A stretch of 64,000 nt of DNA from Akkermansia muciniphila. Lineage in GTDB: Bacteria > Verrucomicrobiota > Verrucomicrobiia > Limisphaerales > BJHT01. Location: NCBI GenBank assembly GCA_945861535.1, contig CAMAUZ010000013.1, forward strand, positions 37,944-101,943, read 5' to 3'. A model generated the notes under the pieces. The model worked only from the letters and a program-made list of their open reading frames with translations, was not told the origin of the DNA and did not search any database. Every line of letters begins with the position of its first letter. The stretch's first letter is position 1. Shown piece after piece: positions 18,711 through 27,881 of this stretch. The position numbers and the translations under genes are program-made.

Positions 18711-19609
18711 ACCCTACCGAACGAAACGAACTCATCGATGCCCTGATCGAGAATGACATTTCCGAGGCGGATTTCCTGCGATTGGAAGCGGAGCTGTCCG
18801 TCGATCCTGTGGCTCGAAAAGCCTACTTTCACCGCGTCGCGCTATCGCAGGCGCTCGCGACGGAGGCGACATCATTCCCGACCAAGCAAGCGACGATCGT
18901 GAGACCCCATCGGAGTGTCTGGATGCAATGGCGTCCGCTCATGGCGGCGGCGGCGGGGTTGGTGATCGGGTTGTTCAGCGCGTCGGTGGTGTTTGGATTC
19001 GTCGTTCCGCGCGGCGTGGAGAAGAGGACCCCGCTGGCGGTGTTTGCGCCGGGTTTCGAGGCGGCGCCGATGCCCCTCGCCACGGGCTTTCCCGCCGGGG
19101 CGGGACGGTGGAGTGGAGATGCAGCGCAGGTGGTGGCTGCGGAGAACGGGGTAACGCCGAAGGAAGGCAAATTCATGCTCCGGCTGGAATCGGCGGCCAA
19201 AAGCCCCCGGCGTATCTTTCAGGTGCTGGATCTGCAATCGCTGCCGACAAGCTCGCGCGGTGAGTCCCGGGAGATCGAAGTCTCGGCGTCGTTTGCCACG
19301 CCTGCGGCCGAAGCTTCGGTGCGCTACATGATTCGTGCGTTTGCCGTCACCGAAGCACCGGACAACCTCGATGCGGCCTGGTTTGACCGACGGGATGAAT
19401 CAATCGCCTCGGCAACGAGAGGCTTCGATGTCATGGCGGAGACGAAAGGATGGCAGACCTTCAGCGTGAAGATTCAAGTGCCCCGCGCTGCCCGCAGCAT
19501 AGTGCTCTTTTTTGGAGCCCGCACACGCGACAAGACCGCGCGGACCTCCCCGCATTATTTGGATGACGTGCGGGTGTCGCTGCTCATGCCACCAACCTTG
19601 CCGCAATAA
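18707..19609 (+). CDS. Putative single-pass anti-sigma factor with periplasmic jelly-roll-like sensor domain
   Basis: ATG overlaps the sigma stop (ATGA at 18707-18710). One TM helix (WRPLMAAAAGLVIGLFSASVVFGFVV). The position immediately after an ECF sigma gene supports the call. Confidence 0.6.
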   Translation: MNPTERNELIDALIENDISEADFLRLEAELSVDPVARKAYFHRVALSQALATEATSFPTKQATIVRPHRSVWMQWRPLMAAAAGLVIGLFSASVVFGFVVPRGVEKRTPLAVFAPGFEAAPMPLATGFPAGAGRWSGDAAQVVAAENGVTPKEGKFMLRLESAAKSPRRIFQVLDLQSLPTSSRGESREIEVSASFATPAAEASVRYMIRAFAVTEAPDNLDAAWFDRRDESIASATRGFDVMAETKGWQTFSVKIQVPRAARSIVLFFGARTRDKTARTSPHYLDDVRVSLLMPPTLPQ

Positions 19610-19643
19610 TTTCAGTCTGACCCCAAACCAGCAAGAGACACCT

Positions 19644-22400
19644 GTGAACTCGATCATTCTCGCCCTCACTGCCCTGCTTCTGGCTCAACTGGCTCCACTC
19701 CATGCCGCGCTTGGTCTGGCCCGGGAAGCCTATGGCGTTTGGGACCGGGAAGGCTTTCATTCCGTCACCACATATCCCTACGCCCGAGGTCAGTCATTGG
19801 ACATGTCTTGGGCGGCTGTTCAGACAGCACGGACTACCTTTGATTGGTCGGTGCTGAATGCCCAGCTCCAGTTTGCCGAGGATCAGAACCAAGTGTTTAC
19901 CTGCAAGGTATCCCCGATCGACGCCTCGGCTCCGGGCAAAAGCATGCCGCCCTGGATGTTCGGGCCGCTCACAGCGTCCGGCGGGGGCGTCGAGTCAGTC
20001 ACGGAATCGGGCCAAGGTGCGGCACCCTACACGTATGGGTATTATCTGAATCCGCAATTTCAGGTCTATTTCGAAGAAATGGTTAAAGCGTTTGCCAACC
20101 ATCTTCGTATTGAGGTTTCGCCGGGCAAGCAGGCCCGTATCGCATTCGTTCGTGTGGATACCGGCGCCACAGGGGACGAAGCCCCGTATGAAAACGGCAG
20201 CCTGGTTCCGGTGCAGTATCAGATTTCAGCCGCGCAATGGCTGGCCTACCGGCTCTGGGTTTTCGAAGTCTTCCGGAAGGCATTTCAGGAAGGGCCTGGA
20301 CCAGTTATTCCGCTGCTGTTTAATGGCGTAGAACCACCCGCCGCCCAAACCGCATGGGATTGGATTAACACCAACGTGAAGGGTGGTTTCGGCATCAAAC
20401 ATGGCGGTCAGTTGCGGGGGTATCATTTGTCGGAATCTGAGTCGAATGCGACGGTTTATAAACCGCTCGCGGTGGACTCTGATTTCAAGTTTTTCTCGAG
20501 GAACGAAATGGATCCTACTTGGACGAAGCCATACTTTCAGCTCAACGTCCCCTTGACCATGTATTGGGCGGCTCTCGAGCAGTTGAACGTCGGCATGAGC
20601 ATCTGGGACTGGAACGGCACGTGCATGGAGGGAGCGTCTGCCAATGGTTTTGTCTTTACTGGCGAGTTTTTTAATAAGTGGGCGGCAGAGCTGGATCCAG
20701 CCACGGCCGGAGGAGGATTCTGCGTTTTTCATGAGGGACTTGATTCGTCCGATACGAATAGGTTCCCGGTGGCCGCCTATGGCAATGCATCATGGGGCAA
20801 TACCAGCCGATACACGGCAATCTGCAATGCCTATGCCAGTCAGGGTGCCAAGATGGATGATCTGACGGGAGCTACCATGGGGTCTGTTGCCCAGCGGGAC
20901 GACAACCCCGGAATGATTGGATTTAACGATGCCGGGTGGAAAATCCATCCTGGCAATTACGACCGCTTTATCACGCAGATCAACCCCGATGGCACGAGCA
21001 AAGGGCTCTGGCGTGTCAGGGGAACGTTGACTGCCTCATCGCATCATTACGACCGGTTTGCACGGCGCTCTGACCATGCGTCAGGCAAGGATACGATGTA
21101 TTTCGACATTAATGACAACCTTCTGCCGTCAGTTGGCCAGCGGGTGCAGCTTAATGTGACTTATCTCGACCGGGGGACCGGACAGTTTAAGCTGCTATAC
21201 GACGCCGTGGGGAACAGCCAAAAACGGGCGTTCACGGTGACCAAAACCGGCGGTGACAATTGGGTGACGAAGTCGGTAGTCGTTACGGATTGGCTATTCG
21301 GGAACCACGGGCCGGACGGTTGCGATCTGCAACTGGTTAACTTGGCTACCGATGCCAATAATCCCGACACCATTTTTCACGGCTTGGAGGTGATCAAGCT
21401 GGCCGATGTCAATGTTGGCACCGTTGGCAAAGGCACCGTGACCGGTCGCACGGATGGCACCGTCTATGCCCCGGTCGTGGGCACGTTCATGGAGCGGCAA
21501 CGGTTGGAATTGACTGCCACGCCGGCACCGGGTTGGCGATTCACCGGGTGGACCGGCGAATTGAGCGGCACGAACACCCGGCCATTTCTTTTCCCGACGA
21601 AAGACTCCCGCGTCACGGCCAATTTTGCGTTCCTCAGCAGTTCGGTAGGATTAACCACCTCAACCGACAATCTCGATTCTGGGACGTGGACGGGCGGCAC
21701 CGGTTGGAGCGGCAGCTGGGTTACCAGCAATACAGCCATTCCGGGGGCCATCGCCAAACTGGACGGGACCACCGGCCCCGCGCAAATCAGCCGCACCCTC
21801 GCCGTGGCACTGACGAACGCCACTCTGGCCTTTGACTGGGATCTGGATCGAATTGGCAACAGCGAGTTTGGCACGGCCGAAGTTTTTAACGGTTCTTGGA
21901 TAAATGTCTGGACCCAGACCGACAAAGGACCGGATTCCGGGAGCACTGCGGAATTGGTGACAACGAATATCAACCTGAGCGTCTATGGCAGCATCTCGAA
22001 AATCCGCTTCACCCTAAATTCGATCACTTCAACCCGCAGTTTCTACGTTGATAATGTGAGTGTGACCGGAATTCCGTCCTTAACACAGACGAATACTCAG
22101 CCCCTTTTCAGCAGCGATCCCATCAGTAAAATCCCGGCGACAAACGGCGAGGCCTACGCCGGAACGTTGGCGCCTGATGCGAGCGATCCGGGCAATAACC
22201 CGTTGACCTTCGCCAAGTTTTCCGGCCCCGCCTGGCTCAGCATCTCCGCCAACGGAACGCTCTCCGGAACACCGGCGGCCTCCGATGTCGGTTTCAATAG
22301 CTGGAATGTTCAGGTCAGCAGTTCCGGTGGCTCGGACACGGCGATCCTTGTGATTGACGTAAGCGCGCCCAGCTTAATTGCACCCTCGGCGCTGACTTAA
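19644..22400 (+). CDS. Large secreted multidomain surface protein, upstream part; ends at an in-frame TAA (likely pseudogene or interrupted gene)
   Basis: GTG 19644 lies after the anti-sigma stop and gives signal peptide VNSIILALTALLLAQLAPLHA. Has an InlB B-repeat/Listeria-Bacteroides-type module (ELTATPAPGWRFTGWTGELSG) and a putative Ig module (NPLTFAKFSGPAWLSISANGTLSGTP). Confidence 0.65.
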   Translation: MNSIILALTALLLAQLAPLHAALGLAREAYGVWDREGFHSVTTYPYARGQSLDMSWAAVQTARTTFDWSVLNAQLQFAEDQNQVFTCKVSPIDASAPGKSMPPWMFGPLTASGGGVESVTESGQGAAPYTYGYYLNPQFQVYFEEMVKAFANHLRIEVSPGKQARIAFVRVDTGATGDEAPYENGSLVPVQYQISAAQWLAYRLWVFEVFRKAFQEGPGPVIPLLFNGVEPPAAQTAWDWINTNVKGGFGIKHGGQLRGYHLSESESNATVYKPLAVDSDFKFFSRNEMDPTWTKPYFQLNVPLTMYWAALEQLNVGMSIWDWNGTCMEGASANGFVFTGEFFNKWAAELDPATAGGGFCVFHEGLDSSDTNRFPVAAYGNASWGNTSRYTAICNAYASQGAKMDDLTGATMGSVAQRDDNPGMIGFNDAGWKIHPGNYDRFITQINPDGTSKGLWRVRGTLTASSHHYDRFARRSDHASGKDTMYFDINDNLLPSVGQRVQLNVTYLDRGTGQFKLLYDAVGNSQKRAFTVTKTGGDNWVTKSVVVTDWLFGNHGPDGCDLQLVNLATDANNPDTIFHGLEVIKLADVNVGTVGKGTVTGRTDGTVYAPVVGTFMERQRLELTATPAPGWRFTGWTGELSGTNTRPFLFPTKDSRVTANFAFLSSSVGLTTSTDNLDSGTWTGGTGWSGSWVTSNTAIPGAIAKLDGTTGPAQISRTLAVALTNATLAFDWDLDRIGNSEFGTAEVFNGSWINVWTQTDKGPDSGSTAELVTTNINLSVYGSISKIRFTLNSITSTRSFYVDNVSVTGIPSLTQTNTQPLFSSDPISKIPATNGEAYAGTLAPDASDPGNNPLTFAKFSGPAWLSISANGTLSGTPAASDVGFNSWNVQVSSSGGSDTAILVIDVSAPSLIAPSALT

Positions 22401-22430
22401 TCCAGCAACCCCGCTAATTATATCACGGCC

Positions 22431-23003
22431 ATGCCGATCACCAGCAACACTCCGGCCAGCAGTGGTGGAGCTGTGGTTGCGTATTCCATCATACCCCCAC
22501 TACCAACAGGTCTGATACTGAACCCCACCACGGGAGTCATCAGTGGCACGCCGACGGTGGTGACCCCGGCAGCCAGTTACACCATCACTGCCACGAACAG
22601 AGCCGGTTTCACGACCGCCGCATTAACCCTGACTGTGGTTTCCGCATATACCGCATGGGCCGGCCAAAATGGCCTCGTTCAGGGGCCGCAAGGGGACGAC
22701 GATGGCGACGGGAACTCGAACTATTTCGAGTTCATCGCCGGCCTTGATCCAACGAATGCGACCTCGGCTTTTTCGGTAAGAATTGCCCCCGTTGCCGGTC
22801 AGCCGAATCAAACGGCGATCACCTTCAGCCCGGTTGTCATTGGTCGCACCTACACGGTGAAGCGCAGCGATTCCTTGCCCCCTGGATCGTGGACCCCACT
22901 GAGCGGAAGCACTGCAAGCGATGTCGGCAACCAGCGCACTGTGATAGATACCGGAGCCGCGGGCGTGAAAGGGTTCTACTTCGTCGAGATTAGCTACCCA
23001 TGA
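22431..23003 (+). CDS. Downstream part of the same surface protein (Ig-like module, DDDGDG calcium-binding-like motif, C-terminal beta-sandwich)
   Basis: Same reading frame as 19644..22400, with no other stop between 22401 and 22431. Motifs LPTGLILNPTTGVISGTPT and GDDDGDGNSNYFEFIAGLDPTN. Confidence 0.6.
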   Translation: MPITSNTPASSGGAVVAYSIIPPLPTGLILNPTTGVISGTPTVVTPAASYTITATNRAGFTTAALTLTVVSAYTAWAGQNGLVQGPQGDDDGDGNSNYFEFIAGLDPTNATSAFSVRIAPVAGQPNQTAITFSPVVIGRTYTVKRSDSLPPGSWTPLSGSTASDVGNQRTVIDTGAAGVKGFYFVEISYP

Positions 23004-23090
23004 ACGCAACTACCTGCCGCTGCGCCGGGCAAGTCCGGGCGGCACGAAAAGGAAACGGTGGACATTCCACTCAGCCGTAACAACTAACCT

Positions 23091-23894
23091 ATGAAAAACA
23101 AACAACAGCAAGCCGGCTTCACGCTCATCGAACTTCTCGTTGTCATCGCGATTATCGGTATCCTGGCTAGCTTGTTGTTGCCGGCATTGGGAGCGGCCAA
23201 GGAGAAAGGCAAAGCGATCGCTTGCCTGAATCACCAGAAACAAATCGGGCTCGCTACCATGATGTATGTGGACGATTATCAGGACACCTATCCAGCCGAC
23301 CTACGGCTCAGGTCCAGCAATCCGGAATACATGACCAATTCCGGCGCGTGGCCGACCGCGCTCCTGAATTATATGGGCCAGAAATCCACTTGGGTGGCCG
23401 GGATGCCGCAACCGGAAGTTTACCTGTGTCCGGCCGAAAAGAAGTCCCGTTCTACCAATATGTTTTTTGTGGTGGGTTACATGGCGAATGCCCATGTGAT
23501 TCGGGAAACCGACGATAGTGATAGCACTATGAAATCCCCGCTCCGGTCCAGCCAGATTCAGGCACCCAGCGACATTTTACTATTTGCCGAAAAGGCTCCC
23601 CTCGATTGGGATCATAACCGGACGGCGAATGAAATGAACGTCAATGCGATCGGAAAATGGGCCCAAGTCCCGATAGCCTCCGACCCGAAGGGCCTGACGC
23701 GGCACAGTGGTAACTGCAACATGCTGGCAGCGGACGGACACGCCGCTTTGCTTAAGTTCCCGCCGTGGGGAACAATCCCAGCAAATCTAAAGCAACTGGG
23801 CGACGTCCGGAACGGCGCCGGCGGCTATTGGGCCCGGGGCGGATCAGAAGTCGTGTTTATTCGCGAGAATGCCGCGACACAGGGTGGATTCTGA
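23091..23894 (+). CDS. Prepilin-type N-terminal cleavage/methylation domain protein with DUF1559 (H-X9-DG) domain (type II secretion pseudopilin-like)
   Basis: [26 protein letters not shown]-terminus. [13 protein letters not shown] fits H-X9-DG. Confidence 0.85.
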   Translation: MKNKQQQAGFTLIELLVVIAIIGILASLLLPALGAAKEKGKAIACLNHQKQIGLATMMYVDDYQDTYPADLRLRSSNPEYMTNSGAWPTALLNYMGQKSTWVAGMPQPEVYLCPAEKKSRSTNMFFVVGYMANAHVIRETDDSDSTMKSPLRSSQIQAPSDILLFAEKAPLDWDHNRTANEMNVNAIGKWAQVPIASDPKGLTRHSGNCNMLAADGHAALLKFPPWGTIPANLKQLGDVRNGAGGYWARGGSEVVFIRENAATQGGF

Positions 23895-23968
23895 GACCGA
23901 GATACAACTGACCGCCAAACACTTGATAGCTCAGCACCTCACAGTCATGACAAAACTCCATTAATCCC

Positions 23969-25228
23969 ATGAACACCCCACACACACCCGTCATCGACCG
24001 CCGCCATTTCCTCCGTGGCCTTGGAATGGCCCTCGCACTCCCGGCTTTCGAAAGCCTGAACGTCGGTTCCGCGGCCACGACTCCGAGCGTCACGCCGAGG
24101 CGGCTCATTTGCATTGGCAATCACCTCGGATTTTGGCCGGGCGGATTTTTTCCGACGGCGGCAGGGCGCGACTATGCGATCAGCCAGACGCTGGCTCCGT
24201 TGCAGGCGCATCGCGGGGATTTCACGGTCTTCTCGCATCTCGATCACAACTCGAAAGGCGGGCATGGCGCGGTGCATTCGTTTCTGTCGGGCGTGAAGAA
24301 GGAGGAATCGGCGGGGTTCCCGGAGAAGAACATTTCGATCGACCAGGTGGCTGCGGAGCATGTCGGTGCGGCGACGCGGTATCCTTCGATCACGGCGGGG
24401 ATTGGTGAAGGCACGAACATGTGCTGGAACCGGGCGGGGGTGAACCTTCCGCCGGTGGACAATCCGGCGCGTCTGTTTGAGGCGCTGTTTGTCGAGTCGA
24501 ACGCGGGCGCGAAGGCGTCGGAACGCGAGCGTCTGTCGAACCGGGCGAGTGTGCTCGATGCGCTGCGCGAGTCGGCGAAGCAATTGGGCGGCAGTCTGGA
24601 TGCGGCAGATCGCGGAAAGCTCGACCAGTATCTGACGTCAGTGCGCGATGTGGAGCGTCGGCTGAAAATGTCCGAGGCGTGGCTGGGGCGGCCGAAGCCG
24701 AAGTCGCCTATCGACCCGGTGAAAGACGAGGAGCGGATGCAGATCGAGGAGATCCCGCTGTTTCTGGATCTGATGACGCTGGCGCTGCAGACGGATTCGA
24801 CGCGCGTGGCGACGTTTGAAGTCCCGCTCGGATTCCACACTACTGACCTCAATGTCGGCAGCTATCATGGGCTGTCACACCACAGCAAGCAGGAGGGCCT
24901 GCTCACGCAGTTGCAGGTCGTGGAGAAATACCTCATGACGCAATTCGCGCACTTGTTCGGGAAGTTGAAGGAGGCGGGATTGATGGACAGCACGCTCGTG
25001 GTGATCGGCAGCGGCATGGGCAATGCCTCGAATCATTCGAATCGCGATTTGCCGGTGCTGCTCGCGGGTGGCGGGATCAAGCATCAGGGCCATGTCGTGT
25101 GCCCGGCGGAGGAGCGGAAGCGCATTCAGTTGTCGAATCTCTGGCTGTCCACACTCCAGTGGTTCGGGGTCGAGCGCGAGCGCTTCGGGCGCAGCACGGG
25201 GACGTTTACGCCGATGAAGATTGGCTGA
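23969..25228 (+). CDS. DUF1552 domain protein with twin-arginine signal (pair 4, precedes its DUF1592 partner)
   Basis: IDRRHFLRGLGMALALPAFES Tat motif. LQTDSTRVATFEV, SYHGLSHHSK and GSGMGNASNHSNRDLPVLLAGGG blocks. Confidence 0.8.
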   Translation: MNTPHTPVIDRRHFLRGLGMALALPAFESLNVGSAATTPSVTPRRLICIGNHLGFWPGGFFPTAAGRDYAISQTLAPLQAHRGDFTVFSHLDHNSKGGHGAVHSFLSGVKKEESAGFPEKNISIDQVAAEHVGAATRYPSITAGIGEGTNMCWNRAGVNLPPVDNPARLFEALFVESNAGAKASERERLSNRASVLDALRESAKQLGGSLDAADRGKLDQYLTSVRDVERRLKMSEAWLGRPKPKSPIDPVKDEERMQIEEIPLFLDLMTLALQTDSTRVATFEVPLGFHTTDLNVGSYHGLSHHSKQEGLLTQLQVVEKYLMTQFAHLFGKLKEAGLMDSTLVVIGSGMGNASNHSNRDLPVLLAGGGIKHQGHVVCPAEERKRIQLSNLWLSTLQWFGVERERFGRSTGTFTPMKIG

Positions 25229-25250
25229 TTCAACCCACGAAATCTCACAT

Positions 25251-25323
25251 TTTTTACCGCACATCTTTTTGCCGGCCGCCCTCCGTCCCGGTGATAGCCG
25301 GCAAAAAGATGTGTGGTAAAAGA
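25251..25323. repeat. Palindromic element copy 1 (inside-out arm order: TTTTTACCGCACATCTTTTTGCCGGC - 20 nt - GCCGGCAAAAAGATGTGTGGTAAAAGA)
   Basis: The arms are reverse complements with 1 mismatch. Lies in the 111-nt spacer between the DUF1552 and DUF1592 genes. Confidence 0.85.
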
Positions 25324-25339
25324 TAACTGAAAAATACCC

Positions 25340-27808
25340 ATGCATTCATCGCTCACCAAACCCTCGCTCTGGCTCGCCGTATTCTTGGCCGCCTGCTCAA
25401 TCTCATCCGCCGCGCCTCTGCGTCAGGATTTCCTGAAGGACTACTGCATCAAATGCCACGGCGCTGAGAAACAGAAGGGCGACCGGCGCTTCGACGCGCT
25501 TACGCCCACAATCAAAACTCCCGACGACGCGTTGGCGTGGCAGGAGATTCTCGATCAGCTCAACAAGGGCGAGATGCCGCCGAAGAAGGAGAAGCAGCCG
25601 CAGACGGCGGAACTGCTCGCGGCTGTGGATGCGATCACCGAATCCGTCGGCGAGGCTGCGCTGCGCTTCAAAGGCACGGCGGCTCACACCGTGCTGCGTC
25701 GGCTTAACAGCTACGAATACCAGCACACCATCGGCGACCTGCTGGGCTTGAACGTTGCGGGCTGGAATCCCGCCGCCGCTTTCCCGCCGGAAACACGCGT
25801 GAACGGCTTCGACAACAATGCCGGCGCGCAGGTGACCTCCGGGATGTTGCTCGATCACTACTTTGTCGCCGCTGAGAAAGCCGTCCAGCGCGCGACGGCG
25901 TTTGGCCCGAAGCCCGAGAGCAAGAGCTACGCGCAGAAGTCGCCGTTCTATTTTGAAGGCAGGAAAAATAATGACCTGCCGAAGCTCTTTCGCACCGACC
26001 GCTACCGCTGGATTTCGGACAAGGGCTACGATGATCTCCAGGCGCGGCATTATCGCGGCGGGCACATCGGCTTCGAGCCGCTGGCGCGCGGCGGCGCACC
26101 GCAGAGCGGGCGTTACACCATCCGCATCCAGGCTGCCGCCATCGATCGCACGCATTCCTACGACTTCCTGAAGGACTTCCGCAACGGCGATCCCATCGTG
26201 ATGGAACTCGCCGCAGTGAATCGCGAGGGCAGCGTCGAGAGCACCGGCAACATCACCACGCAGCGCACGCTCGCGCTGGTGGAACTCACCAGCGAGACAC
26301 CGCAGTGGTTTGAATGGACGGTCAATCTCGATCGCGGTGAAGAGCCGGAGATACGCTTCCGGAATGGCGCGGCCAAGGCCAAGAACCTGGCCTTCAAGTT
26401 GGGCAAGAACGTCAAAGGGCATCCCGAACTGGAAGCGATTGGAAAGCTGGGAAAGGGCGAGATCGCCTTGGCGATGCTCAAGGCCTATCGCGGCCCGAAG
26501 CTCCGCATCTGGGAAATGCAGGTCAAAGGTCCGCAACTCGAGCAGTGGCCGACGCCAGGTCACACGTTGCTTTACGGCAATCTCGCGCCGAATCAGGTCA
26601 GCCGCGCCAACATCCCCGAGCGTCTGCGCGTCTTCGCCGAAGCCGCCTTTCGCCGTCCGTTGCGTTCCGGCGAGCTGGCTCCGATCGAGAAACTGGTCAC
26701 CGCCAAACTTGATGCCGGAATGAAGCCGATGGCCGCACTGCAACTCGGCTTTGAAACGATCCTCTGCTCGCCCGCCTTCCTCCATTTGCATGAAGGAACC
26801 GGCAAGCTGAACGACTACGCGCTGGCTTCACGCCTGTCCTATTTCTTCTGGTCCTCCATTCCGGACCAGACGCTTTACCAGCTCGCCGCCGCCGGCAAAC
26901 TGCACGAGCCCGCGACGCTGGGCGCGCAGGTGGATCGCATGCTCGCCGACCCGAAGTCGCAGCGCTTCGTGCAGAATTTCATCCGCCTCTGGCTGAACCT
27001 CGATCACATCGGCGAGATGCCGGTCTCCACCGACTTCGTCAGCTTCTTCCGCGACAACATCGACGCCGCCATGCGCGCCGAGACCGAGACATTCTTCCGC
27101 CACATCCTCGACAAGAATCTGCCGCCGCGTGAATTCCTCGCCGCCAACTACACCTTCTTGAATCGCGAACTCGCGCTGCACTACGGCCTGCCGCCGCTAG
27201 AGGGCGTGCAGCTGCGCCACGTGTCGCTGCCCAAAGGCGAACGCGGCGGACTGCTCACCCAGGCCTCGTTCCTCACCGCCTCGGCGAATGGCGTGGACAC
27301 CTCGCCCGTCGTGCGCGGCGTCTATGTGCAGGAGAAACTCCTCGGCTACACGCCACCGCCACCTCCGCCCGACGTTCCGCTCATCGAACCCGATGCCAGC
27401 GGGGCCACCAACATCCGCGAGCAACTCGCCAAACATCGCACGATCGAAACCTGCGCCTCCTGCCATCGCAAGATCGACCCCTTCGGCTTCGCGCTCGAGA
27501 ATTTCGACGCCATCGGCGGCTGGCGCGCGAACTACTCGAAAGACCAAAAGATCGACCCCGCCGGCGCGCTGCCCACCGGCGAGAAGTTCACCGGAGTCAC
27601 CGACTTCCGCAGCCTGCTCATCGCCCGGCACGAACAGTTCACCCGCGCGCTCACAGAGAAACTCCTCACCTACGCCCTCGGTCGTGCCCCCGAGTTCTCC
27701 GATCGCGCCGTGATCGACGGCATCATGAAGTACCTCTCGGCCAAGAATGGCGGCTTCAAGGATCTCGTCCGCGCCGTGGTGCTCAGCGATTCCTTCGGGA
27801 GGAACTGA
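25340..27808 (+). CDS. DUF1592/DUF1587/DUF1588/DUF1585-family cytochrome-c-motif protein (pair 4)
   Basis: Own signal peptide MHSSLTKPSLWLAVFLAACSISSA. Motifs: CIKCHGAEKQKGDRRFD, GEMPPKKEKQP, RRLNSYEYQHTIGDLLG, LASRLSYFFWSSIPD, SPVVRGVYVQEKLLG, CASCHRKIDPFGFALENFD. Confidence 0.85.
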   Translation: MHSSLTKPSLWLAVFLAACSISSAAPLRQDFLKDYCIKCHGAEKQKGDRRFDALTPTIKTPDDALAWQEILDQLNKGEMPPKKEKQPQTAELLAAVDAITESVGEAALRFKGTAAHTVLRRLNSYEYQHTIGDLLGLNVAGWNPAAAFPPETRVNGFDNNAGAQVTSGMLLDHYFVAAEKAVQRATAFGPKPESKSYAQKSPFYFEGRKNNDLPKLFRTDRYRWISDKGYDDLQARHYRGGHIGFEPLARGGAPQSGRYTIRIQAAAIDRTHSYDFLKDFRNGDPIVMELAAVNREGSVESTGNITTQRTLALVELTSETPQWFEWTVNLDRGEEPEIRFRNGAAKAKNLAFKLGKNVKGHPELEAIGKLGKGEIALAMLKAYRGPKLRIWEMQVKGPQLEQWPTPGHTLLYGNLAPNQVSRANIPERLRVFAEAAFRRPLRSGELAPIEKLVTAKLDAGMKPMAALQLGFETILCSPAFLHLHEGTGKLNDYALASRLSYFFWSSIPDQTLYQLAAAGKLHEPATLGAQVDRMLADPKSQRFVQNFIRLWLNLDHIGEMPVSTDFVSFFRDNIDAAMRAETETFFRHILDKNLPPREFLAANYTFLNRELALHYGLPPLEGVQLRHVSLPKGERGGLLTQASFLTASANGVDTSPVVRGVYVQEKLLGYTPPPPPPDVPLIEPDASGATNIREQLAKHRTIETCASCHRKIDPFGFALENFDAIGGWRANYSKDQKIDPAGALPTGEKFTGVTDFRSLLIARHEQFTRALTEKLLTYALGRAPEFSDRAVIDGIMKYLSAKNGGFKDLVRAVVLSDSFGRN

Positions 27809-27828
27809 ATGAACAGGAGACAGGCAGC

Positions 27829-27875
27829 AGGAGACAGGAGACAGCCTGTCCACTGCCTCCTTTCTCCTGTCTCCT
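27829..27875 (+). other. Perfect 13-bp inverted repeat (AGGAGACAGGAGA / TCTCCTGTCTCCT, 21-nt loop) in intergenic spacer; possible terminator or regulatory hairpin
   Basis: Verified base by base. Embedded in CAGGAGA heptamer repeats (27814, 27828, 27835). No downstream T-tract. Confidence 0.4.
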
Positions 27876-27881
27876 AGAACT

